NCBI GenBank assembly: GCA_030141605.1 | Contig: JAQGDQ010002119.1 | Location: 1 to 14,336 of the forward strand | Direction of reading: 5' to 3' | Length of the DNA: 14,336 bases | DNA from: Tubiluchus corallicola | Lineage: Eukaryota; Animalia; Priapulida | Shown: positions 1 to 8,524 of the stretch, piece after piece | Numbering within the stretch: the stretch's first letter is position 1 | Layout of the letters: every line of letters starts with the position of its first letter | The notes under the pieces: model-generated | Told to the model about the DNA's origin: nothing | Databases searched by the model: none | What the model saw: the letters and a program-made list of their open reading frames with translations, nothing else | Made by a program: the position numbers and the translations under genes

Positions 1-336
1 CAATACAGCACATTAAGCAGATACAGTTAACTATGCAAGAGCAAACTCTACCGACAAAGCAGAAAATAGCAGAATATTAAGCTTATCAATTATGCAATCA
101 CACAAAGCAACGTCTAAAAGTCTAGAATTACTAAGCTTTTCTAGTTGTTCACATATCCTGAATCTCCATTTCGTGAGGATAATTTTGATACCAAGTTCAT
201 CACTCTATGTTATTTCTAAGCTGAGATAATCCACGTTGAAGTTGAGGTGCAGGCTGGAGAAAATGACCGTTAAAGTCAGCCATTGTTTTTTGTCGCGTTT
301 CTACAAAATGCTTACCAACTGCACAAATGTTGATTG

Positions 337-500
337 TAGTGGCCATTTTAATTATCTTTAAAGCATCTCGCTGTTGTTTATAGCGGCCATCTTAATGATC
401 TTTAAAGTATGCCGTTTTTCTAGCGGCCATTTTAAATGATCTTCAAACTATTTTGCTGTTTTTTTCAGCCGCCATCTTAATGATCTTCAATGTATTTTGA
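337..500. repeat. Four degenerate tandem copies of a 40-45 bp unit (core AGCGGCCATYTTAATGATCTT)
   Basis: GGCCAT/CGCCAT cores at 341, 385, 425 and 470, each followed by (T/C)TTAA..ATCTT. Confidence 0.8.
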
Positions 501-1016
501 TCTTTTAGCAAAATTCTCTAAAGGCAGCAACTCGATATTATCAGAACTTTATTTAACTAATAATCGAATGATCTCTCAAAGTTTATTAAAGGAAAACAGT
601 TCAATAAAAAATGCCAAGTGAAACAAATTACAACCATCGCATAAGTATGTAGCAGTAGTAACAACATTAATAATAACAACATAACAGCATTTTGGAATGG
701 ATATAAAATACACCACGCGAATATTTTTCCACTTTGTTTACAAAATATTTCTGCAAATTATATATAATAAAATATTGTTGTTATACGTTTAGTTCGCCAT
801 TAGATGTGTATATATGCAAGCGGTCGACTTTTGTCCTTATTTACAAGATCAACCGTTAGGACGTATTGGTTCAACCATTACAATACAGTACATCACTTGT
901 ACAATATTATACATCGTAAAACATTATATAATGTGTTCTGGTGTTTGAGGAGTTGCATTATTACAATGACAGCAATCTGTATTTTGTTCGCCTATTCTAT
1001 ACCGAAATGATTTAGA

Positions 1017-1147
1017 GGCAGAAAGAGAGAGAGAAAGAGAGCGAGAAAGAGAGAGAGAGAGAGAAAGGCAGAGAGAGAAAGAGAAAGAAAAAGAGCGGAG
1101 AGAGAGGGAGAGAGCGAAAAACAGGGAATAATTTTAATTTATTAATT

Positions 1148-1246
<99 letters not shown>

Positions 1247-1249
1247 GGG
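1017..1249. repeat. (GA)n microsatellite; degenerate 5' part, pure 3' part, AT-rich interruption at about 1118-1150
   Basis: Directly visible. Confidence 0.97.
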
Positions 1250-1376
1250 GCAGTTTAAACACAGCGAAATGGTTCAACCATTAGGTACAATACAGCGAAA
1301 TAGCAACAGGTTTATGCTATAATACAAATTTTCTACTCTCTCTCGTCTTCAGCTTTTGTATAGACGGAAACTTTAA

Positions 1377-1936
1377 AGGAAAGATCAACCCTTTTGGAAA
1401 GCTAGGTTTGCTTCAATTGCCGTGCAAAATGTTAGAAGGATTTAGTAACAAAAGTGTGATAAACGCCTCGTGTAATTAGTAAAATCGCTTTACAGTCGCG
1501 ATCACTTCATACTTGAACGTCCATTCTTCTTCCAGTGACGTCACTGGTCCTGAAGAAAAGCAGCGCATTATTCCTCAAAAGTATAATAATTTTGTAATAT
1601 TTTGCGTGAACATTAGGTAAGCTGCAGAAGTTTGAATTAGTTTAAGCTGCACGCGCTTACGGAAAGCCACGATGCAGTTACGAAAAGTCACGAAGTCCCC
1701 CGGTTATGTCATAATTTTCAAACTAATGGCGGCAACCACCACACCTGAAAATTTCTGTTCAGAGACAGTATATTTTAAATTTATGCTTTATAGAGTTTTT
1801 TGCAAATTTCTTTATTATATTTTTCTAAGTTTAAGTTATAACAGTAAAATAAACCCAACATACTGCGTGACTTGTTCTTTCCTTTGATAAACAGTTAAAG
1901 GTCAACAGTTTGATCAATTTTTGGCTAACTTGTCCT
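1377..1936. mobile_element. Non-autonomous DNA transposon (MITE), Kolobok-like, 560 bp
   Basis: TTAA at 1373-1376 and 1937-1940. Termini AGGAAAGATCAACC and, reverse-complemented, AGGACAAGTTAGCC (9/14 identical; purine-purine start, as in Kolobok). Internal perfect palindrome CCAGTGACGTCACTGG at 1532-1547. Its right half recurs at 6635-7995, showing that it is a dispersed repeat. Confidence 0.6.
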
Positions 1937-2145
1937 TTAAATTGGCATCTCGGAACGAGCTGTGTGAAGCAACAATTTTGTGATTCCCAGACACAATTTG
2001 ACACATGACTATTATCGAGAAATAGAAAAGGTTACATTTCTTGGCAATAGATGGCGCAACGCTGAACGTAACCACTTAGGAGCTGCTAGTAGATAAGACA
2101 TGTACTAACACGCTTCAATGGTTTTGTATAACAATGAGTATTTTG

Positions 2146-2520
2146 TAGACGATATAGGCTTATTAAGTGTCTATATATACAAGCTTTTTAAAAATGAAAA
2201 GTTAAATATATTGGCGATAGATGGCACAACGTGGAAACTAGAACCTTCGGTTTAGCAGCAGCCAACAGAAACACCGCAGCACAGTCAACAGCTAGAAAAT
2301 GACGCAGTTGTTACGTCATCTTCAAAATTTAAACTTTTTTGTCTTTTTGCAAATGTAGAAAGAGCGTCAAATGACAGGAAACACACGATGCTGTTGTCTC
2401 AACATAGACGATATAGGCTTATCAAGTGTCTATATATACAAGCATTTTTAAAAATGAAAAGTTAAATATATTGGCGATAGATGGCACAACGTGGAAACTA
2501 GAACCTTCAGTTCAGCAGTG
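2146..2520. repeat. Near-identical direct duplication of about 113 bp (2146-2258 and 2405-2518), plus an older partial copy at about 2020-2070
   Basis: TAGACGATATAGGCTTAT.AAGTGTCTATATATACAAGC...GGAAACTAGAACCTTC.GTT.AGCAG occurs twice at an offset of 259-260. TTGGCRATAGATGGCRCAAC occurs at 2041, 2211 and 2471. Confidence 0.9.
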
Positions 2521-3146
2521 GGTAACAGAAAACAGCACACACAGCACGTGCTAACATGTTTGAAAATCCTTGTAATATTATGCTGACAATACATTAGGCA
2601 TTTAGAATAAAAATATCTGGAATGAAACATCTATATTATTTAAATTAAATAAATATCATACAATCATGATATATAAACATTATTGGACATTCATTGAGAG
2701 ATGACAACTTCGTAAACAAAAGGCATTAACTTTATTATACAAGTAACAAAAAAAAAAACTTTTATGCGTCAAAGCGACTGCATTCGTCAGTGTTAAGGGC
2801 AAGTAATATAACCGAGTGGTCACAACATGTGTCTTGGTTAAGAAAGGCAAGCAGTGTTGAACCTGGTTAGTAAATGAAAGTGTGACCATCACGATCATCT
2901 AAATGTGGCATTAATATGCAACGTGCATAATTTTTCGACGTTTTAAATAACGTGATTTTGTTTATTTTTATCATTTGTTACAATAATCATGTATTACTGT
3001 AGGTAAAGGGTGAAGAAACTCTTGCAGTTTTCACAGGGTATTTTTGCAGGCTTCTTTGCATTATTAATTTAGAATGCATTTGGGTATTTTATGAGGCGAA
3101 ACCTTAAAAAACGAAATGAAAATTGAAAGTCTTGAAAGAAAACGGG

Positions 3147-4195
3147 AGTCACTCGCAAGCGTGTTCATACCAGGGAGCAAAACTTGTTGCGAGTTACTCT
3201 CCGAAAGAAAGCCTGAGCTGATGCTCACTTTTCTATTCACTGCGAGAAGTGTCGAGAGTAACTCACCAAGTAACTCAGAACCGTGTTCAGACTAGAGAGC
3301 AAAAGTTGTTGCGAGTTACTCTCCGAAAGAAAGCCAGAGCTGATGCTCACTCTTCTACTCACTCAAGTGCTGAGAGTAACTCGCCGCTGCGTTCACATTA
3401 AATAGTAACTCGCAAGCGTGTTCATACCCGGGAGCAAAACTTGTTGCGAGTTACTCTCCGAAAGAAAGCCCGAGCTGATGCTCACTCTTCTACTCACTCA
3501 AGTGCCGAGAGTAACTCGCCGCTGCATTCACATTAAATAGTAACTCTCAAGCGTGTTCATACCAGGGAGCAAAACTTGCTGCGAGTTACTCTCCGAAAGA
3601 AAGCGCGAGCTGATGCTCACTCTTCTATTCACTCAAGTGCCGAGAGTAACTCGCCGCTGCGTTCACATTAAATAGTAACTCGCAAGTGTGTTCATACCAG
3701 GGAGCAAAACTTGTTGCGAGTTACTCTCCGAAAGAAAGCCCGAGCTGATGCTCACTCTTCTACTCACTTAAGTGCCGAGAGTAACTCGCCGCTGCATTCA
3801 CATTAAATAGTAACTCTCAAGCGTGTTCATACCAGAGAGCAAAAGTTGTTGCGAGTTACTCTACGAAAAAAAGCCCCAGCTGATGCTCACTCTTCTATTC
3901 ACTCAAGTGCCGAGAGTAACTCGCCGCTGCGTTCACATTAAATAGTAACTCACAAGTGTGTTCATACCAGGGAGCAAAACTTGTTGCGAGTTACTCTCCG
4001 AAAGAAAGCCCGAGCTGATGCTCACTTTTCTATTCACTGCGAGAAGTGTCGAGAGTAACTCACCAAGTAACTCAGAACCGTGTTCAGACTAGAGAGCAAA
4101 AGTTGTTGCGAGTTACTCTCCGAAAAAAAGCCCCAGCTGATACTCACGCTTCTATTCACTCAAGTGCCGAGAGTAACTCGCCGCTGCGTTCACAC
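3147..4195. repeat. Tandem array of 8 units (135-bp and 122-bp variants) with internal inverted repeats
   Basis: GTGTTCA anchors at 3161, 3283, 3418, 3553, 3688, 3823, 3958 and 4080 (spacings 122, 135, 135, 135, 135, 135, 122). The 135-bp units contain GCGAGTTACTCTC and its reverse complement GAGAGTAACTCGC. Confidence 0.97.
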
Positions 4196-4445
4196 TAGAC
4201 AGCAACTAACAGGAAATCAACTCGCAGCAACTGTCGGCGAGTTTGCAATAACCTCATTAATGCCGTCAGCAACTTAGAAAGCAGTTCACACTTGCCTGTT
4301 TGCTGTCAGAGAAAAAACTCACCGTGTGAACGCGAATTTAGACCGTAGTTCAAAATAACATAAAGTATAAATATAGAAGGAAAATGTCGGTTTTTTAAAA
4401 AGATTTGCAAAAAATGATTACTGTAGCTGATTTCTTTTGACAATA

Positions 4446-4451
4446 TTTATT
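4446..4451 (-). terminator. Candidate polyadenylation signal (AATAAA) for the GPCR
   Basis: First AATAAA I found on the minus strand downstream of the stop codon, about 210 nt away. The hexamer is common in AT-rich DNA, so this is only a candidate. Confidence 0.3.
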
Positions 4452-4661
4452 TAGATGGGCAACAGTGCCTGCTTCACAGATGCTGTTATGTTTGAAAATT
4501 GGTGGTGGTGTTGTGCTTGAAAACTTGGAAATTTTTCCTTATTTTTGAAGACGCAGAATGTATATTCTAGATTGTTAAAACAAGTTATGGCTTAAAAGAT
4601 CTCCCTGCTTTCCTTTAAATGAAACAGACGTTTTTAGAGGTCCCGAATTTGGTGTTTAATA

Positions 4662-6029
4662 TCACAAGTCCGCATTGACCGAGCCGTTGCCCATCAAGCT
4701 ACTGATTTCGGTGGTCCGCGTCGGATGGCACGAACTTGGAACGGTGAGAAAGTTGCCGTAGTTCTTCATCTCCGTGTGGGTTACATCACCATTCGTGCTG
4801 GAAGGCCATTCGTCCGGTTGTCGATTCGACACAGCCGATGGCGTCACCGACAACTCGTTGAACCGATACGACCGATACGCGTCGGCAATGATGACCACGT
4901 CCGTGTCCCAGGGGAGACAGGGAAGGAGCCTTTTGCACAACAATGTGATCTCCGCTTTCATTGTGGAGTTCAGCCACCCGTAGAGGAGTGGATTCCAGCA
5001 GGCGGAGCTCATGGCGATGGCGTGGCACACCGCAAACGCCAGGTACGCCGCCTGGATCACGTTGCCGCTCTTATCACCGTTCGTCAAAAGTTCGTAGTTA
5101 AAATCGGCTATGAGATTATAAATATTTAAAGGCAACCAACTTATTACAAATATGGCGGCTATTGCCACCAGCACGTTAGTGGTGCGCTGAGTCCGCCTGC
5201 GGGCTTTTTCCAACTTAATCGGGTTCACCGTGGTCTTGGCCGCATTCGTGTTCATCGAGAGACGGTGATATTTTAGGAAAAGAGTGATTTTCGCATAGCA
5301 CACGGATACGATGATCACAGGCGCCACATACTGAATTAACATCACAGACACAGTATATGCCCTGCTCATGGTATAGGACGGCCATTGCTGGAGACATTTT
5401 CTGTACAGGTCGATACCCATGAATTCCACGTGCTTGACGTCCGTGTATAGCGTCATCGGAATAGCGAACAGGAGGGCCAGAATCCAGATAGACGTGATCA
5501 CCAGGAAGCTTCCCGCTATCTGACTTGGCTTCTTGATGTGGTAGACGATCACCTTGTACCTGTCGATGGCGATGGCCGAGTAACTGAACGTGGACACGAA
5601 GACGTTCGTGGCTTGGAACGTCGGTACCATCTTGCAGACCACCATCCCAAACTGCCAGTCTCTCTTGATGAGCTGGAGCAGCGTGAAGGGCATGCATATT
5701 ACGCACAGGGTCAAGTCGGACACGGCCAGATTAGCGATGTAGATGTTCCTGGCCGTGCGAAGGTTGGGCGACTTTGCGATGAGGAACACCAGCAGGATGT
5801 TACCGACGACGCCGATGATGCCGATGAGAACATAGACCGCGATGAGCAGCGTCTCCGCGCGACGGTCCAACCACTTCTCGGAGTTGGCGTTCCTTAACTC
5901 GTTGACAAAATCTTCTAGGCTGAAGTTGACGATGTCTAGCAGAGTCTCGTTGCTGACATTGAACATTCTGAGGATGACACTCACTGGCACGTCGAGGCCA
6001 TCGTCCCGGATTGGATACACCTCGTACAT
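4662..6029 (-). CDS. NPFR: Rhodopsin-like (class A) GPCR, neuropeptide F / neuropeptide Y receptor-like; 455 aa, intronless coding region
   Basis: Seven hydrophobic segments with class A motifs: TM1 GVVGN, TM2 NLAVSD, ECL1 WQFGMVVCK, TM3 AIAIDRY, TM4 W, ECL2 Cys (KCLQQWPS), TM5 QYVAP..CY, TM6 FVISWLPL, TM7 SSACWNPLLYGWLN. The segments LRTARN.YI.NLAVSD..LC..CMP.TL and CH...MSSAC.NPLLYGWLN match what I recall of invertebrate NPF receptors. N-terminal N-glycosylation sequons NVS, NET, NFS. GPCR identity is near certain; the NPFR symbol rests on recognition and needs a phylogeny. Confidence 0.93.
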   Translation of the reverse strand: MYEVYPIRDDGLDVPVSVILRMFNVSNETLLDIVNFSLEDFVNELRNANSEKWLDRRAETLLIAVYVLIGIIGVVGNILLVFLIAKSPNLRTARNIYIANLAVSDLTLCVICMPFTLLQLIKRDWQFGMVVCKMVPTFQATNVFVSTFSYSAIAIDRYKVIVYHIKKPSQIAGSFLVITSIWILALLFAIPMTLYTDVKHVEFMGIDLYRKCLQQWPSYTMSRAYTVSVMLIQYVAPVIIVSVCYAKITLFLKYHRLSMNTNAAKTTVNPIKLEKARRRTQRTTNVLVAIAAIFVISWLPLNIYNLIADFNYELLTNGDKSGNVIQAAYLAFAVCHAIAMSSACWNPLLYGWLNSTMKAEITLLCKRLLPCLPWDTDVVIIADAYRSYRFNELSVTPSAVSNRQPDEWPSSTNGDVTHTEMKNYGNFLTVPSSCHPTRTTEISSLMGNGSVNADL

Positions 6030-6082
6030 GGTGGCAGATTATCAAGGTCTGCCCTGCAAATATAAAAGAACAACGATTAGTA
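6030..6082 (-). promoter_or_regulatory. Branch point, polypyrimidine tract and 3' splice acceptor of a 5'-UTR intron, followed by a perfect Kozak sequence
   Basis: Minus strand reads TACTAAT cgttg TTCTTTTATATTTGCAG|ggc aga cct TGA TAA tct GCCACC ATG. The acceptor AG is at 6055-6054 and the exon would start at 6053. Two in-frame stops precede the ATG at 6029, so it is the true start. Confidence 0.75.
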
Positions 6083-6117
6083 TGCTATGGTATTGTTTAA
6101 TCTTTTGTATCTTTTGG

Positions 6118-6183
6118 ACAGCGCATATGGAATCGGGTTAACCCTTTCATACAGCGCATATGGAATCGGGTTAACTCTTTCAT
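6118..6183. repeat. 33-bp tandem duplication spanning the left junction of the piggyBac-like MITE
   Basis: ACAGCGCATATGGAATCGGGTTAAC(C/T)CTTTCAT at 6118-6150 and 6151-6183, one mismatch. Confidence 0.95.
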
Positions 6184-6630
6184 ACCCGTTGTATCCCGTG
6201 GGATACGAGAATATTTTCTGCCTTTAAAATTAATAAAATTTTAAAACTGACAGTTATTTGATCTGTTAATAGTTATTATGATTTAAGCCAATAACAATAG
6301 ACTAAAAATGGTGATAAAATGGCAAACTAGAAAATCTACATAGCATAAAAAACTGCGCAAGGTACAGTACTTTAGAGACGACTTTGTACAGATCAGCATA
6401 GCATGCATACTAAATGTCTTAAATACTTTAAAAAATTATCAGCAGTTGCAAAATGAAGCACATTTTATGCTTCCATTGAATCCCAATGTATCCCGTGGGA
6501 TACAGGCTATATTTAGCACGCGGGCACAGGTAGAAAAAATAATTATTATGTGTAAACAAGATGGACATACTGAACAAAAGTAACAAATCAAAAAAAATTC
6601 TTATTAAAAAATAATTTGGGACTGAAAGTG
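6175..6630. mobile_element. piggyBac-like MITE, 456 bp
   Basis: TTAA at 6171-6174 and 6631-6634. TIRs CTCTTTCATACCC and, reverse-complemented, CACTTTCAGTCCC (10/13). The duplicated left end reads TTAA CCCTTTCAT, the canonical piggyBac CCC start. The internal hairpin GTATCCC-GT-GGGATAC occurs twice (6191-6206, 6488-6503). Confidence 0.7.
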
Positions 6631-6749
6631 TTAAACAGCGAGCGTACGGAAAGCCACGACGCGCTTACGAAATGTCACAAGTGTCCCAGTTAAGTCACGA
6701 TTTTCACTTGAAAAGCTGCAACCACCAAGCCTGAAAATTTCTATACAGA

Positions 6750-7210
6750 CAAAGACAAATACAAGATTTATTGGCTAGAGCTCATTAACAGCTATTTAGT
6801 GACTTACACTTATGTGTTACACATCTGTTACTTATGTATTTTGAGAGAAATGAAAACGTGGGTGATTAAGCATAAAGAAACCACTACTGAAGCCAAACAG
6901 ATTATTTTTCTCGTTCACCTTTCTGATTTAGCAGTCCAGTGGAGATTTCCAGTTATTATGGAACATGTCCATGGTTATAAGCAATATAGAAACATGCATC
7001 ACATGCAAATCAATACTTGTTGCAGTTTACCAGGTTAACTACATGGCTGATTAGAATATTGTCACATAGTTAAAGACAACAATACGGGTAAAGAAGCAAC
7101 GAATAACATGTCGGCTATATGCCCAGGCGTTTGCAGGCAGTAGTCTCGAACTCAAGACTGCATGGTTGCAATTCGAAATCCAGACCACTCGACCACCTAA
7201 CTCAAGACCT
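6750..7210 (-). mobile_element. tRNA-derived SINE, about 460 bp
   Basis: The block is absent from the homologous copy at about 1763. The minus-strand head has an A-box-like TGGTCGAGTGG (7195-7185) and a B-box-like GAGTTCGAGAC (7153-7143), 31 nt apart, which is tRNA-like spacing. The 3' end has AATAAA (6772-6767) followed by the short-repeat tail TCTTGTATTTGTCTTTGTCTGT. Confidence 0.75.
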
Positions 7211-7278
7211 GAGGTAGTATATTTTAAATTTATATTATGTAAACCTTTTTCTGCAGATTTATTTGTTACATTTTTATT

Positions 7279-7976
7279 AGTTTAAGCGATAACTTAAAAT
7301 AAATGCAACATATTGAGTGACTTGTTCTTTCCTTTAGCACACCACAAACAGTTCAAGCGATAACAGTAAAATAAACCCAATATACGAGTGACTTGCTCTT
7401 TCCTTTAGCACACCACAAACAGTTCAAGCGATAACAGTAAAATAAACCCAACATACGAGTGACTTGTTCTTTCCTTTAGCACACCACGAACAGTTTAAGT
7501 GATAACAGTAAAATAAACCCAACATACGAGTGACTTGTTCTTTCGTTTAGCACACCACAAACAGTTTAAGTGATAACAGTAAAATAAACCGAACATACGA
7601 GTGACTTTTCTTTCCTTTAGCACACCACAAACAGTTTAAGTGATAACAGTAAAATAAACCCAACAGACGAGTGACTTGTTCTTTCCTTTAGAACACCACA
7701 AACAGTTTAAGTGATAACAGTAAAATAAACCCAACATACGAGTGACTTGCTCTTTCCTTTAGCACACCACAAACAGTTCAAGCGATAACAGTAAAATAAA
7801 CCCAACATACGAGTGACTTGCTCTTTCCTTTAGCACACCACAAACAGTTCAAGCGATAACAGTAAAATAAACCCAACGTACTGAGTGACTTGTTCTTTCC
7901 TTTAGCACACCACAAACAGTTTAAGTGATAACAGTAAAATGAACCCAACGTACTGAGTGACTTGTTCTTTTCTTTA
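7279..7976. repeat. Tandem array of about 10 units of 71 bp
   Basis: GTGACTT anchors at 7317, 7388, 7459, 7530, 7601, 7671, 7742, 7813, 7885 and 7957 (spacing 70-72). Confidence 0.97.
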
Positions 7977-8524
7977 AGTTTTTGCTCAATTTTGGTTCAA
8001 ATCACGTGATCAAGATGGCGAATATGAATACACATCTGCGAAGCTGGAAAGTGATTAGTTGCTCACTCAGACCTTTATGACCAACTCGCTAACCACTACA
8101 ATACGGCGCAACTGCAATTCCGCAAACATTTCTTGCTTTTTAACTGCCAACGTCGGCAAACCGAGTGACTTCTATGCTCGCAAGCTCGCTGTTTTTGCCT
8201 ATAAACAAACGCGCATTGACATTTCGCTACGTAAAAGAACGCAGTTTTTGCGGCGGAAATGGCTTCCACAAGCAACTTATTAAGGGCAGCCCGGCTGATG
8301 AAATGTTAATGGATTTACAAAGAGGAGAAGAAAATGACCAAGAGGTAGTGTTGGGGGGGGAGTAGAAGTGCCTGGATAATCCGTAAGTACAAGTAAACTG
8401 AAACAGTAGGAGTCCTGTATTAAAGGAAAACCGGATGATTGTGTAGATATTAGTTCAAAATAGAGTATTATCAAAAATACTGAAAACTACAAAAGCTTTT
8501 TTTAAATCAAAGTTTGGATTAAAT

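Larger units (their letters stand above)
6635..7995 (+). mobile_element. Disrupted second copy of the right half of the 1377-1936 element
   Basis: 6635-6749 aligns with about 1646-1763 (TACGGAAAGCCACGA...TTACGAAA.GTCAC...GCAACCACCA..CCTGAAAATTTCT). 7211-7335 aligns with about 1762-1886 (AGTATATTTTAAATTTAT...GTGACTTGTTCTTTCCTTT). 7977-7995 aligns with about 1907-1924 (TTTG.TCAATTTT..GG). Confidence 0.85.

Noticed and set aside
804-2898. Short ORFs of 60-72 aa here, and similar ones at 4080-4277 and 6799-10429
   Set aside because: No domain-like content. Most lie in repeats, transposon relics or AT-rich DNA, and their lengths are compatible with chance.
3147-4195. CRISPR-like array (regular palindromic repeats); also considered for 7279-7976 and 9962-10400
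   Set aside because: The sequence between the palindromes is repeated too, so there are no unique spacers. There are no cas genes and the context is eukaryotic. These are ordinary tandem repeats.
4725-6141. Overlapping antisense and alternate-frame ORFs within the GPCR (up to 163 aa)
   Set aside because: Expected shadow ORFs of a GC-rich coding exon, with no recognisable motifs.
7140-7202. Functional tRNA gene
   Set aside because: A and B boxes are present, but I could not form acceptor or anticodon stems. It is the head of a 460-bp insertion with a retroposon-like tail, so it was called a SINE.
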